From contig CAYXSW010000004.1 in the NCBI GenBank assembly GCA_964467915.1, forward strand, positions 4,476 to 68,475: a DNA stretch of 64,000 bases. The letters run 5' to 3'. Below are positions 1 through 9,441 of the stretch, one piece after another. The DNA comes from an uncultured Marinoscillum sp. GTDB taxonomy: Bacteria; Bacteroidota; Bacteroidia; Cytophagales; MED-G16. The position numbers and the translations under genes were made by a program. Positions within the stretch are counted from its first letter, which is position 1. Each line of letters starts with the position of its first letter. The notes beneath the pieces were generated by a model. That model was not told the DNA's origin. It searched no databases and saw only the letters and a program-made list of their open reading frames with translations.

Positions 1-143
1 AGATAAAAACTAGCAAAAAAAACAACTATGGTCCCAATGCTTACCTCTGAATCGCCAATTTTGAAAAGGGTTTTATTGAAAATAAAAAGGAATTCTGATA
101 ATAATTTTAAAACTCTAGAAAAAAAGTCATTGAAATATTCCAT
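1..143 (-). CDS. 5' end of a gene running off the window (N-terminus of a probable membrane protein; function not assignable)
   Basis: ATG at 143-141 (minus) opens a frame to the window edge: MEYFNDFFSRVLKLLSEFLFIFNKTLFKIGDSEVSIGTIVVFFASFYL. It has a hydrophobic stretch and is too short for the ORF track. Confidence 0.3.
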   Translation of the reverse strand, partial: MEYFNDFFSRVLKLLSEFLFIFNKTLFKIGDSEVSIGTIVVFFASFY

Positions 144-219
144 TTGAGAATGAAATTTAAAATTTAAAATTTAGAATATTAAGTTTCATAGATTTTTTTT
201 TATAAATTATGACGAAATA

Positions 220-1542
220 ATGGAAAATAACCAAAAAACTCTTTTTGGACACCCTTACGGTTTATATGTCCTCTTCTTTACTGAGCTATGGGAAAGATTT
301 TCTTACTACGGGATGAGAGCTCTTCTCGTCTTGTTCTTAATTTCAGAGACAACTGCAGAAAATCCAGGTTATGGCTGGTCAGAAGTTGAAGCTCTAAAGC
401 TTTACGGGTGGTATACCATGTTAGTATACGTTGCTGGAATACCAGGAGGATTACTCGCTGATAAAGTATTAGGCCAGAAGAAGACTGTAATGTTAGGTGG
501 CTTCCTTCTTGTACTTGGTCATTGCATATTAGCTGTTGATAATATAAATGCCTTTTATGCAGGTCTAGGTTTCATAATTTTAGGAGTTGGTGGATTGAAA
601 CCTAATATATCAACAATGGTTGGTGGCCTTTATAATAAAGAGGATGACAGAAGAGATATAGGCTTCAAAATTTTCTATATGGGAATAAATATTGGAGCAT
701 TTCTTTCCGCAATAATTATTGGGGGGATTGGAGAGGTTTATGGTTGGCATTATGGATTTGGTCTTGCTGGTTTAGGTATGTTACTTGGCCAATTGGTGTT
801 TATGAGGGGACAAAAATATTTAGTTGGCGTAGGGGATTTCATTGGTAAAAATGATAATCCTAATAAAGAAATGATGGAAAAACCTCTTACTAAAGTAGAG
901 AGAGATAGAGTTATTGTATTATTACTCTCCTTTCTAATTGTTGTGGTATTCTGGGGAGCATTTGAGCAGGCTGGTGGGTTAATGAACATATATGCCTTTG
1001 AAAAAACAAATAGAATGATTGAAAGCTTAAACTTTGAAGTTCCAGCTACTTGGTTTCAATCTTTAAATGCTGGATTTATTGTATTATTCGCTGTGGCTGT
1101 TGGTAAATTTTGGGCTTGGTGGAAATCTCTTGGAAAAGAATCTGCTCTTTTATTTCAAATGGCTATTGGTGTAATTATTATGGCTATAGGTTTTCTTTTT
1201 ATGAGTATGGCTTCATTAGAATTCCAAGACAAAGGCTCAAGTGCAATGTATTTTCTTGTATTTGCATATTTATTTCATACACTAGGTGAATTATGTACAT
1301 CACCAACCGCAATGGCATTAATAACAAAAATTGCTCCAATTAAGTATGCATCTATAATGATGGGGACTTATTTTGCATGTACAGGATTTGGAAACAAACT
1401 TGCAGCTTATCTAGGTGAATGGGCACAAACTGCAGGTGAATTTGAAATTTTTACTGGAATTTTTGTTTTCTGTTCTTTATTTGGAGTATTGGTTATACTA
1501 TTAATCAAGCCACTCAAAAGGTTGACACACGGTCTGGATTAA
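220..1542 (+). CDS. Proton-dependent oligopeptide transporter (POT/PTR2 family, DtpT-like)
   Basis: 440-aa polytopic ORF. N-terminal ELWERFSYYGMRALLVLFL matches the PTR2 signature region. Multiple hydrophobic segments. Confidence 0.85.
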   Translation: MENNQKTLFGHPYGLYVLFFTELWERFSYYGMRALLVLFLISETTAENPGYGWSEVEALKLYGWYTMLVYVAGIPGGLLADKVLGQKKTVMLGGFLLVLGHCILAVDNINAFYAGLGFIILGVGGLKPNISTMVGGLYNKEDDRRDIGFKIFYMGINIGAFLSAIIIGGIGEVYGWHYGFGLAGLGMLLGQLVFMRGQKYLVGVGDFIGKNDNPNKEMMEKPLTKVERDRVIVLLLSFLIVVVFWGAFEQAGGLMNIYAFEKTNRMIESLNFEVPATWFQSLNAGFIVLFAVAVGKFWAWWKSLGKESALLFQMAIGVIIMAIGFLFMSMASLEFQDKGSSAMYFLVFAYLFHTLGELCTSPTAMALITKIAPIKYASIMMGTYFACTGFGNKLAAYLGEWAQTAGEFEIFTGIFVFCSLFGVLVILLIKPLKRLTHGLD

Positions 1543-2787
1543 TTAATTTTCGTACCTTGAATTTATAATTTCATTAAATCTATTTAGTGCTTTCTCTTCT
1601 ACCTGGAATTGAAGATTTGGATCCACAGGACGGTTTGTAGAATATCTTAAATAACCTTTTGGCAATGCTCTTCTATCTCCTTTATAGGCAATATAAGAGT
1701 TCTTATACTCATAATATTTTGATATTTTTTCATCTATTAATGCATTTCCATAGAGTGCGTCTGATATTGTTAAATTCATCTCTAATCTTGAGTTACCATA
1801 TAGTTCATAGACTCTTCCTACAGCTGTTTTTGTTACAGTCGTAGTTGTGCTATCATTTACTCTTTCTTTAACTTGAACTGAATTACTAAAAGGTATTGAA
1901 TTAATTACCTTTATATTGTTAATGGTAAAGTTTATGTAAACTATCTCAAAGATTTCATCAATTATAGGATCTTCAGAAGCAGACTGAACTAAACTTTTAA
2001 TATAACCTGGATCCGAATCTTGTAAATTAATAGGAACCTCATTAACTAATGCTGAAGTAATATTTTTTGTAAAACGTCTTGCAAAAATTTTATCTCTAAT
2101 TTTATCATGAAGCCTATTAAAATTATTGTTAGTATAGTTTTTTTTTGTGATTACAATTTTTACTTTTCCTAATTCTAAAGTTTTTTCAATTAATTCTTTT
2201 ACATTATTATAGCTATCTACGTACGAATCAGATTTTACATATAATCTATAGGCTTTTCTATATTCATCTTTAGTAGGTGAAGCTGATTGAGACAAAATTC
2301 TATTTGCTTCATTATAAAAGTTTGCTGCGGTTATATTATTGTATTCATTCAAAAGATTTTTCGTGTTATTAATTTCGTTTGCAAAATCATAAGTATTCTC
2401 AGTAATAATATTTTTATTTTTAAGTTTTACTTTTTTAGGGAAATTTATTAATTCACTTTGAATTTGATTTAACCTATTGTAAGTAGTATAAATTTCTTTC
2501 ATCTGAATTGCAGATTGTTCGTCCTTATATGGAACAGCTTGATCTACTAATCTTTTTATTTTAGATAAGTTATTTGTGTTTGCTAAGGTTATTGATCTTT
2601 CAAAAAGTTTAGCAGCAGTCTTGAAGTTATTTTTAATTTGTAAAGATTTAATAGAATATAAAGTCGCATTTATATAGTCACGTTCCTTAAACGCTTTATT
2701 TGCATCCCTGTTAAATTCTCGATGATTTTGACCACTAATGATATTTGAAAAAATTAATGATATACATAAAAATAGAATATTTTTCAT
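1543..2787 (-). CDS. Hypothetical secreted protein
   Basis: 414-aa ORF with N-terminal signal peptide (MKNILFLCISLIFSNIISGQ). No family motif recognised. Confidence 0.55.
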   Translation of the reverse strand: MKNILFLCISLIFSNIISGQNHREFNRDANKAFKERDYINATLYSIKSLQIKNNFKTAAKLFERSITLANTNNLSKIKRLVDQAVPYKDEQSAIQMKEIYTTYNRLNQIQSELINFPKKVKLKNKNIITENTYDFANEINNTKNLLNEYNNITAANFYNEANRILSQSASPTKDEYRKAYRLYVKSDSYVDSYNNVKELIEKTLELGKVKIVITKKNYTNNNFNRLHDKIRDKIFARRFTKNITSALVNEVPINLQDSDPGYIKSLVQSASEDPIIDEIFEIVYINFTINNIKVINSIPFSNSVQVKERVNDSTTTTVTKTAVGRVYELYGNSRLEMNLTISDALYGNALIDEKISKYYEYKNSYIAYKGDRRALPKGYLRYSTNRPVDPNLQFQVEEKALNRFNEIINSRYEN

Positions 2788-2832
2788 CCATACAATCTAG
2801 TATTAATTCCAATAATATTCAAAAGCTCTAGA

Positions 2833-3897
2833 TTAATTCATTATCTCAATCTTTGTATTATCACAATATAATTCTCTCATTTTATCTACAGTTAGACAGG
2901 AATGAATAGGTATAATAGATACCTTTTGACCTATTTTAAAGTCTTCATTTTTTTCTAACTCCACAATACCATGTTCCTGAGAAAGGGACACTATTTTTCC
3001 AATTTTATTATCTAAACTCCAGTAGTCTCCTTGGTAAACATACCCATAGCATTTTTTTTCATTCTCTAAAATATAATCTTTTGAAAGGTGAACTGAACCA
3101 CAGTAAATCAACATACGATTTCTGTCATCATAAATAGAAACTATAGGGCAAATTACTCTCAACGCAATATCATCTAATTTACATGAACCTATTTTGTACT
3201 GTGCTATATCATAATAAATTAAGTTACCGGGTCTTATCTCAGTTATAAAATCAGGATAGTCTTCAATTATGCTACATGAAGGAGTATCCCCTATTGAAAT
3301 GTCAAGGTTTGGAAAAGTATTATTTAATTTTTTAAGTTTATTAATAGAATCATAAAATACCTCTCTTATTTCATCTTTAGAATTTGAATTATAAGTATTT
3401 CCAAAATGAGAAAGGAAACCTTTAAAGTTAATTTTATCTGATGAATTTAAAAGATTAGTTATTTTTTTTATTGATTCTATTTTATCATACCTTATTCCTG
3501 CCCTACTATAACCAACATCTATCTTTAAATAAACATTTATTTTATTTGAAAGTTTTTTATCTAGAATATCTAAAGATTCATATGAATCAATTAAAATGTT
3601 AAGACTTACTTTATTTTGTAAAACCTTTATATCATCTAATTCTAAAATGTTCAATGGAAAAGCAATTAAAATGTCATCCCACTCATTAGAAAAGTATTTA
3701 GCCATAGATACAGATGAAACAGTGATTGATTTTATTCCAAATTTTTTAAACCATCTACCAACTTGCAAAGACTGATGAGTCTTAAAATGAGGTCTAAAAT
3801 TAATATCATTATGCTCAGCTAAAATATTTATTCTTTTGAGGTTTTTTAAACATTTTTCTTTATTAAGCAATAAGGTAGGTTTAATGACATCAATCAT
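2833..3897 (-). CDS. D-TA family PLP-dependent enzyme (D-threonine aldolase / D-serine dehydratase-like, alanine-racemase N-terminal fold)
   Basis: 354 aa. FRPHFKTHQS resembles the PLP-lysine motif RPHxKTH of this family. Length is typical. Confidence 0.65.
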   Translation of the reverse strand: MIDVIKPTLLLNKEKCLKNLKRINILAEHNDINFRPHFKTHQSLQVGRWFKKFGIKSITVSSVSMAKYFSNEWDDILIAFPLNILELDDIKVLQNKVSLNILIDSYESLDILDKKLSNKINVYLKIDVGYSRAGIRYDKIESIKKITNLLNSSDKINFKGFLSHFGNTYNSNSKDEIREVFYDSINKLKKLNNTFPNLDISIGDTPSCSIIEDYPDFITEIRPGNLIYYDIAQYKIGSCKLDDIALRVICPIVSIYDDRNRMLIYCGSVHLSKDYILENEKKCYGYVYQGDYWSLDNKIGKIVSLSQEHGIVELEKNEDFKIGQKVSIIPIHSCLTVDKMRELYCDNTKIEIMN

Positions 3898-3963
3898 ATT
3901 AACAGAAATTAAGAATCTTATTAACCAGTTATTATATTTATTAGTTAATATGCAAATAAAACC

Positions 3964-4533
3964 TTGGAAGAAAAAAATTTAATTAAAAATTTAAAATTAC
4001 AGGACGAAGGTGCTTTCAAATATCTTGTTGAAAATTATAAAGATTTTGTATATAACACATGTATATCAATAATTCAAAATATTGATGATTCAGATGACAT
4101 ATCTCAAGAGGTTTTTATTCAAATTTATAAATCAATTAAAAATTTTAAAGAAAAGTCAAGTTTATCAACTTGGATATATAAGATAACCGTATCTAAGTGC
4201 TTTGAGTATTTAAGATTTAAAAAAAGAAAAAAAAGATTTTCATTTTTTGTCAATTTATTTAGAGATGATGGAACCATCATTGATATTCCTGAATTTGAAC
4301 ATCCTGGAATAATTTTAGAGAAAAAAGAAAACTCTAAATTATTATTTGATGCTATTGATAAATTAAATGAGGAACAAAAAACAGCATATATATTAAAAAA
4401 CATTCAAGGGTTATCATATAAAAAAATATCTGATATAATGAATAAATCAACTTCATCTATTGAATCTTTAATATTTAGAGCTAAAAAAAATTTAAAAAAA
4501 CATCTTGAAAAAAAAATGAATAACAAGAAATAG
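3964..4533 (+). CDS. RNA polymerase ECF-type sigma-70 factor
   Basis: 189 aa with TTG start. Region-2-like DISQEVFIQIYKSIKNFK...STWIYKI and region-4 HTH-like LSYKKISDIMNKSTSSIESLIFRAKKNL. Confidence 0.85.
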   Translation: MEEKNLIKNLKLQDEGAFKYLVENYKDFVYNTCISIIQNIDDSDDISQEVFIQIYKSIKNFKEKSSLSTWIYKITVSKCFEYLRFKKRKKRFSFFVNLFRDDGTIIDIPEFEHPGIILEKKENSKLLFDAIDKLNEEQKTAYILKNIQGLSYKKISDIMNKSTSSIESLIFRAKKNLKKHLEKKMNNKK

Positions 4534-4558
4534 TTAATTTTAACATCTAATAAATAGA

Positions 4559-5263
4559 ATGAAACACAAAATTTTAATTTTTTTAATATTAATTAATTTT
4601 AACAGCTTCTCCCAAAATATAAATTTAGGATTAAGTGTTGGTACTGGATTATCAAGTCAGACTTTAAAAACCGAATCAAATTTTAATACCTCAGCAGGTG
4701 TGGCATGGAATACAGTTGGAGGTTTACCATACAGAGTTGACTCATATCTTGGATACAATGCAGGTTTAATTCTAGAAGTATATTTTGATTTATCCTCAGA
4801 TCACGTTGATGAAAAAATTATAAATAGAAAAATTAGTTTAAAAACAGGTTTAAATTATTCCTCACAAGGAGTTACTGTTGAAGATGGTAATATGACAAGA
4901 TTTGAAAATAATTTAGTATACCTACAAATACCTATATTAATTGATTTTAAAATTCAAAAATTTAATTTTTTTATAGGTCCACAAATTCATTTATTACAAG
5001 ACTTTTCTACAATTGAAACTCGTTCAAGCATTTTAAGTTCTAATGCTACTAGTCAAAACCCTTATTTTAAGTTTGAAAAAAAATATTATTTAGAAAATGA
5101 TCCAAATTTTGTTTTTGGATTAGGTTATGAAATTTATGACGGACTATCATTACAATTAAAATCTTTGAGAAGTGTAAAAAACATTTCAAATATTGATGGA
5201 GAGGAATGGAAAAATAAGTCTTTTGAATTAACAGTTAATTATATACTAAATAACTTATTATGA
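4559..5263 (+). CDS. Outer-membrane beta-barrel (porin-family/PorT-like) protein
   Basis: 234 aa with signal peptide. Alternating hydrophobic pattern and G/Y/N-rich strands (GLGYEIYDGLSLQLK) typical of small OMP barrels. Confidence 0.55.
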   Translation: MKHKILIFLILINFNSFSQNINLGLSVGTGLSSQTLKTESNFNTSAGVAWNTVGGLPYRVDSYLGYNAGLILEVYFDLSSDHVDEKIINRKISLKTGLNYSSQGVTVEDGNMTRFENNLVYLQIPILIDFKIQKFNFFIGPQIHLLQDFSTIETRSSILSSNATSQNPYFKFEKKYYLENDPNFVFGLGYEIYDGLSLQLKSLRSVKNISNIDGEEWKNKSFELTVNYILNNLL

Positions 5264-5568
5264 ATAAAAAGTTAGAAAAGGTTTTAAACAGTGTAACAAA
5301 CATTAAACAAGTAGAAACAAAACCATATTTCTACTCTAGACTTATTTCTAAACTTGAAGATATTAACAGAAGTGAATTATTCTACTTAAAATATGAAAGG
5401 CCATTTTTAATTACGATGGTAATTTTACTTTTAGCTTTCAATTTTTTCTTTATTGCTAAAAACGATGATTCAGCATCAATAAATTCCTATACAATAACGG
5501 ATATGGAAGAAATTTACTTTGAATCTAAAAAATCAGATATTATTAATTTTACATCAAATGAAGAATAA
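5260..5568 (+). CDS. Single-pass membrane protein, putative anti-sigma factor
   Basis: 102 aa with one central TM (PFLITMVILLLAFNFFFIA). 4-nt overlap with the upstream gene, in an ECF sigma operon context. Confidence 0.4.
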   Translation: MNKKLEKVLNSVTNIKQVETKPYFYSRLISKLEDINRSELFYLKYERPFLITMVILLLAFNFFFIAKNDDSASINSYTITDMEEIYFESKKSDIINFTSNEE

Positions 5569-5998
5569 ACTACAATATATAATAATAGGTGTTCTAATAA
5601 TATCAAATCTCTTTTTCATGTTTAATTCAAAAAAGAAAATGGATGGAAAAATAGATAATGGAGAGTTTAAGAGAGAGATGCACTATCTAAGAGAGAGAAT
5701 TGGATATGATAAAGAACAATTAAAATTAGCTAAAGAGGAGTACAAACGTTATAACTCAAAAAAAAGAGAGATTGAAAGAAGATTTAGAAGGTTTGATTTA
5801 ATTATAATGGATGATTTATCAAATGATACAGATAGTGATTCAATCAATATGGCTGACTATTACAATGTTGCAATAGAACTTAATAAAGAAAAGTTGGAAC
5901 ACTGGATTAAAATCAGAGAGATTGCTAATGAAGATCAAGTTAAAAAACTTGATAGTATTTGGTCCAGAATGAAAGAAAGAATCAGATCATCTAAATAA
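5558..5998 (+). CDS. Membrane-anchored coiled-coil periplasmic protein, Spy/CpxP (LTXXQ)-like
   Basis: The ORF-track frame begins at 5519, but ATG 5558 gives MKNKLQYIIIGVLIISNLFFMF (TM anchor). Charged helical remainder carries KEQLKL and EDQVKKL motifs. Confidence 0.4.
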   Translation: MKNKLQYIIIGVLIISNLFFMFNSKKKMDGKIDNGEFKREMHYLRERIGYDKEQLKLAKEEYKRYNSKKREIERRFRRFDLIIMDDLSNDTDSDSINMADYYNVAIELNKEKLEHWIKIREIANEDQVKKLDSIWSRMKERIRSSK

Positions 5999-6013
5999 AT
6001 TAATATAAATCAA

Positions 6014-6499
6014 ATGAAAATTGGTGTAATATCTGATACACACAACTATTTTCATGAAGATCTAAAGTTATATCTAAAAGAATGTGATGAAATTTGGCAT
6101 GCAGGAGACATTGGAAATTTGGATACATTAAAGAAGTTAGAAGAATTTAAAAAAATTAGAGGGGTCTTTGGAAATATTGATAATGATATAATTAGAAAAG
6201 AATTAGGTGAAATTCAAGTTTTTACTATAGAAAACATAAAGGTTTTGATGATACATATAGCTAATAAACCACCAAAGTACAATAACAAAGTTAGAAAGTT
6301 GATTAATATAAATAAGCCAGATATTTTAATATGTGGCCATAGTCATATACTAAAAATAGAAAGAGATAAGGTTAATAATTTATTATATCTAAATCCTGGT
6401 GCTTGTGGCAGAGTTGGATTTCATAAGAGAAAAACGATTGTAAGGTTGCGTATTGAAAAAGGGAATATAGATCAATTAGAAGTTATAGAATTAAGCTAA
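6014..6499 (+). CDS. YfcE/MJ0936-family metallophosphoesterase
   Basis: 161 aa with motifs ISDTHN, GDIGN, GNIDN and GHSH in canonical order. Confidence 0.85.
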   Translation: MKIGVISDTHNYFHEDLKLYLKECDEIWHAGDIGNLDTLKKLEEFKKIRGVFGNIDNDIIRKELGEIQVFTIENIKVLMIHIANKPPKYNNKVRKLININKPDILICGHSHILKIERDKVNNLLYLNPGACGRVGFHKRKTIVRLRIEKGNIDQLEVIELS

Positions 6500-6501
6500 T
6501 A

Positions 6502-6660
6502 CTACTTTTTTGTAGCTTTTTTTGCAAATTCCTTTTTGACTTCCTCTACATCAACGTTTTTAATTACAGGTTTAGCGTTTAGGCTTTTTATCACCTGCTT
6601 AGCTCTTTTTGCTTTAGAAACGTTTCTTCTTCCTTTTCTTTCTAATCTAGTAACTGCCAT
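6502..6660 (-). CDS. Small highly basic protein (52 aa), not in the ORF track
   Basis: ATG 6660-6658 to TAG 6504-6502 translates to MAVTRLERKGRRNVSKAKRAKQVIKSLNAKPVIKNVDVEEVKKEFAKKATKK. It fills an otherwise unusually long 236-nt gap. Confidence 0.45.
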   Translation of the reverse strand: MAVTRLERKGRRNVSKAKRAKQVIKSLNAKPVIKNVDVEEVKKEFAKKATKK

Positions 6661-6710
6661 AGTAATAATTATTGGCGCAATTTAAATAAAAAATAATGTA
6701 AATCATTTGC

Positions 6711-6718
6711 TAGCTTTG
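6711..6718 (+). promoter_or_regulatory. Bacteroidota -7 promoter box TAnnTTTG (TAGCTTTG) upstream of hisS
   Basis: Exact motif match 17 nt upstream of the GTG start at 6736. Confidence 0.4.
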
Positions 6719-6735
6719 TAATAAATTTTAAAAAA

Positions 6736-8079
6736 GTGAAAAAAATAAATCCATCTTTACCAAAAGGGACAAGAGACTTCGGACCAGAGGAAATGAAGAA
6801 GAGGAATTATGTTTTTAACATTTTCAGAAAAACATTTTCCTTATTCGGTTTTAATTCTATAGAGACACCTTCTCTCGAAAATATAGAAATCCTTAATGGA
6901 AAATATGGAGATGAAGGAGATAAATTAATATTTAGAATTCTTAATTCAGGAGAATTTTTAAATAAAGTTGATAATATAAATGATTTATCCTCGTCAGAAT
7001 TAAAAAACTACATTTCTAGCAAAGGTCTAAGATATGACCTGACTGTGCCTCTAGCTCGTTTTGTTAGTAGCAATAGAGAAAATATAACCTTACCATTCAA
7101 AAGATACCAAATACAAAAAGTTTGGAGGGCAGACAGACCTCAAAGAGGAAGATTTAGAGAGTTTTTTCAGTGTGATGTTGACTACATAGGATCAAAATCA
7201 CTAGTTTGTGAAGCTGAAATAATCAAACTAGTTTATACAATATTTAAAAAACTAAATATTGATACTATAAAAATTAAGTTAAATAACAGGAAAATACTTA
7301 CCGGTTTATCAGAAGTATTTAATTTTAGTGAAAAATTTAATCAATTCTGTATCCTAGTTGATAAAATTGATAAAATTGGTAAAGATCAGTTTCAAAATGA
7401 GCTCCAAAAATTAAATATTCCAGAAGAGACGAATAAAGAATTAATTAAAGTTTTATTTTTCCAAGGTTCTAATAAAGAGAAAGTTGATTTTATAAAATCA
7501 AAGTTATCAAAGTCAGAAACAGGTATTAAAGGTTTAAATGAAATAGAACAACTATTAATTTTAGATGACAATTTTGAGTTTGACCTATGTTTAGCAAGAG
7601 GATTATCATATTACACATCTACCATTTTTGAAGTAACCTCAAATAAAGAAAAAATTGGTAGTCTTTGTGGGGGTGGAAGATATGATGATTTGACTGAAGT
7701 TTTTGGTTACAAAGATATTTCTGGCATAGGTATTTCTTTTGGAATTGAAAGAATTATTGAGGTAATGAATGATAGAAAATTATTTCCTGAAAAAATCATT
7801 TCATCTGATAAAGTACTTATAAGTTACTTATCTGAAAAATATATAAAAAAATCTATTGAGATAGCTTCTAATATTCGTAAAGAGAATATTAGTGTTGATT
7901 TATATTCAGACAATGGAAAATTAAAAAAACAATTACAATATGCAAATAATAACAATATAACTAACGTTATCATTGTTGGAGAAGATGAAATAAAGTCAAA
8001 ACTATATACGCTTAAAAATATGAAGAAGGGTACTCAAGAAAAATTAAGTATTGAAGAAATAATTTCTAAGTTATCTTGA
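6736..8079 (+). CDS. hisS: Histidine--tRNA ligase
   Basis: 447 aa. Motifs GTRDF, RYDLTVPLARF, FREFFQCDVD and GGGRYD. Confidence 0.95.
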   Translation: MKKINPSLPKGTRDFGPEEMKKRNYVFNIFRKTFSLFGFNSIETPSLENIEILNGKYGDEGDKLIFRILNSGEFLNKVDNINDLSSSELKNYISSKGLRYDLTVPLARFVSSNRENITLPFKRYQIQKVWRADRPQRGRFREFFQCDVDYIGSKSLVCEAEIIKLVYTIFKKLNIDTIKIKLNNRKILTGLSEVFNFSEKFNQFCILVDKIDKIGKDQFQNELQKLNIPEETNKELIKVLFFQGSNKEKVDFIKSKLSKSETGIKGLNEIEQLLILDDNFEFDLCLARGLSYYTSTIFEVTSNKEKIGSLCGGGRYDDLTEVFGYKDISGIGISFGIERIIEVMNDRKLFPEKIISSDKVLISYLSEKYIKKSIEIASNIRKENISVDLYSDNGKLKKQLQYANNNNITNVIIVGEDEIKSKLYTLKNMKKGTQEKLSIEEIISKLS

Positions 8080-8088
8080 TAAATTTCA

Positions 8089-9435
8089 ATGATAAAAATT
8101 AAGTTAACTTTTGTATTTCTTTTAATTTATTCTACTTCCTTATCTCAAACAAGTAATCTTGGTAGGTTTTCTATAAATCTAAAACAAGGCTGTATACCAT
8201 TAGAGGTCGAGATTATTTCTGAAAATTTAGATTCTTCAGTTACAGTTGTACAGTATGATTTTGATTATAATCTTACAAATAGCTTATTTAACCCTTCTGG
8301 GTCAAAATCAAATATCTATTCTGATGCTGGTAAGTTCATTATTGCCCAAGCAATAAATCAAGATGGTGTTGAAAAAATAGATATTATAGAAATAGAGGCT
8401 TTTGAAAAAAAAGATTTAAATGTTGACATTATAAATTGTTCAAGCAATTCATTAGAAATTAATATTGACGATAATTATTATGATAGTTACAAATTATTTA
8501 TTAGAGGTAATTTTCATGAATATATAAGTAATGGAACAAACATATTGGATTATTCAGGGTTATTAGATAGTAATAATTCTGTTGAGGGATATATTATTGG
8601 TGTTTTTGATGATAATGAAAAAAACTGCTCTAAATATAATTTTAAAGTTGTACCTGTAAATAATAATATTACAAATATTATTGATTCGGTAGCTTTATCT
8701 GATGACAAAACAAAATTCGATTTGATTTACAACCCTGAAAAAAGTACATATTATGAAATATTAATTGATAACAACCTTGACTCAATATACTTTACACCTT
8801 CATTTCTATATTTCAACCACTCAACATTAGATTTTTTAAACAAAAGCTTTAATCAAAGGTGTATAAAAATTATCAAAAAATATGGATGTGGTGAACCTGA
8901 GATTGAGGATGAAATCTGCTTAATTTATTTGAATGCATTTGAAAATGATAATGGCATTAATATAGAGTTTAATTCTAATGATAAATATGATTCTATTGCC
9001 ATTTATAGAGATGATGTAATAATTCATACTACATATCAAGATGAAAATAAATTAACTGATAATAACGGTATTATTAAAAATAAAGAATATTGTTACCAAG
9101 TTGTCGGATATAAATCAAATAAAAAATCTTTATCAAATAAGTTCTGTTTAATAAGTAATAATAATTATAATCCCATACCTATACCCAATGCATTTTCACC
9201 TAACAATGACGGATTAAATGATGTTTTTAAACCTTTTTACTCCAATGTTAGTGGATATAAAATGTATATATTTAACAAATTTGGTGAAAAAGTTTTTGAA
9301 AGTAATGATATAAATATAGGATGGGATGGTTATTTTAAAGGAAAAATAATTCAAGATTCTTATGTATATAAAATAGAGTTCAATAAAGACAATGAACAAG
9401 TTTATATAAATGGTAAATTTTTGTTAATTAAATAA
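8089..9435 (+). CDS. T9SS type-B C-terminal sorting domain protein (gliding-motility-associated CTD), secreted/surface protein
   Basis: Signal peptide. The C-terminus IPNAFSPNNDGLNDVFKP...GWDGYFKGK...YVYKIEF is the CHU_C/type-B CTD signature. Confidence 0.85.
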   Translation: MIKIKLTFVFLLIYSTSLSQTSNLGRFSINLKQGCIPLEVEIISENLDSSVTVVQYDFDYNLTNSLFNPSGSKSNIYSDAGKFIIAQAINQDGVEKIDIIEIEAFEKKDLNVDIINCSSNSLEINIDDNYYDSYKLFIRGNFHEYISNGTNILDYSGLLDSNNSVEGYIIGVFDDNEKNCSKYNFKVVPVNNNITNIIDSVALSDDKTKFDLIYNPEKSTYYEILIDNNLDSIYFTPSFLYFNHSTLDFLNKSFNQRCIKIIKKYGCGEPEIEDEICLIYLNAFENDNGINIEFNSNDKYDSIAIYRDDVIIHTTYQDENKLTDNNGIIKNKEYCYQVVGYKSNKKSLSNKFCLISNNNYNPIPIPNAFSPNNDGLNDVFKPFYSNVSGYKMYIFNKFGEKVFESNDINIGWDGYFKGKIIQDSYVYKIEFNKDNEQVYINGKFLLIK

Positions 9436-9441
9436 GTTAAT

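Noticed and set aside
750-989. Short ORFs lying antisense or out of frame inside longer, motif-supported genes. Coordinates: 750-989, 1659-1844, 4125-4403, 9214-9399, 20739-20999, 21181-21435, 21750-21968, 24849-25064, 28980-29174, 29208-29414, 30584-30853, 31202-31519, 39029-39211, 39523-39732, 42221-42406, 44524-44718, 46544-46807, 47790-48065, 61457-61645, 61548-61850, 63646-63831.
   Set aside because: Each lies entirely or mostly within a gene that has strong family motifs. Their translations are low-complexity (I/L/F/S/K-rich) with no motifs. Such shadow ORFs are expected in AT-rich DNA.
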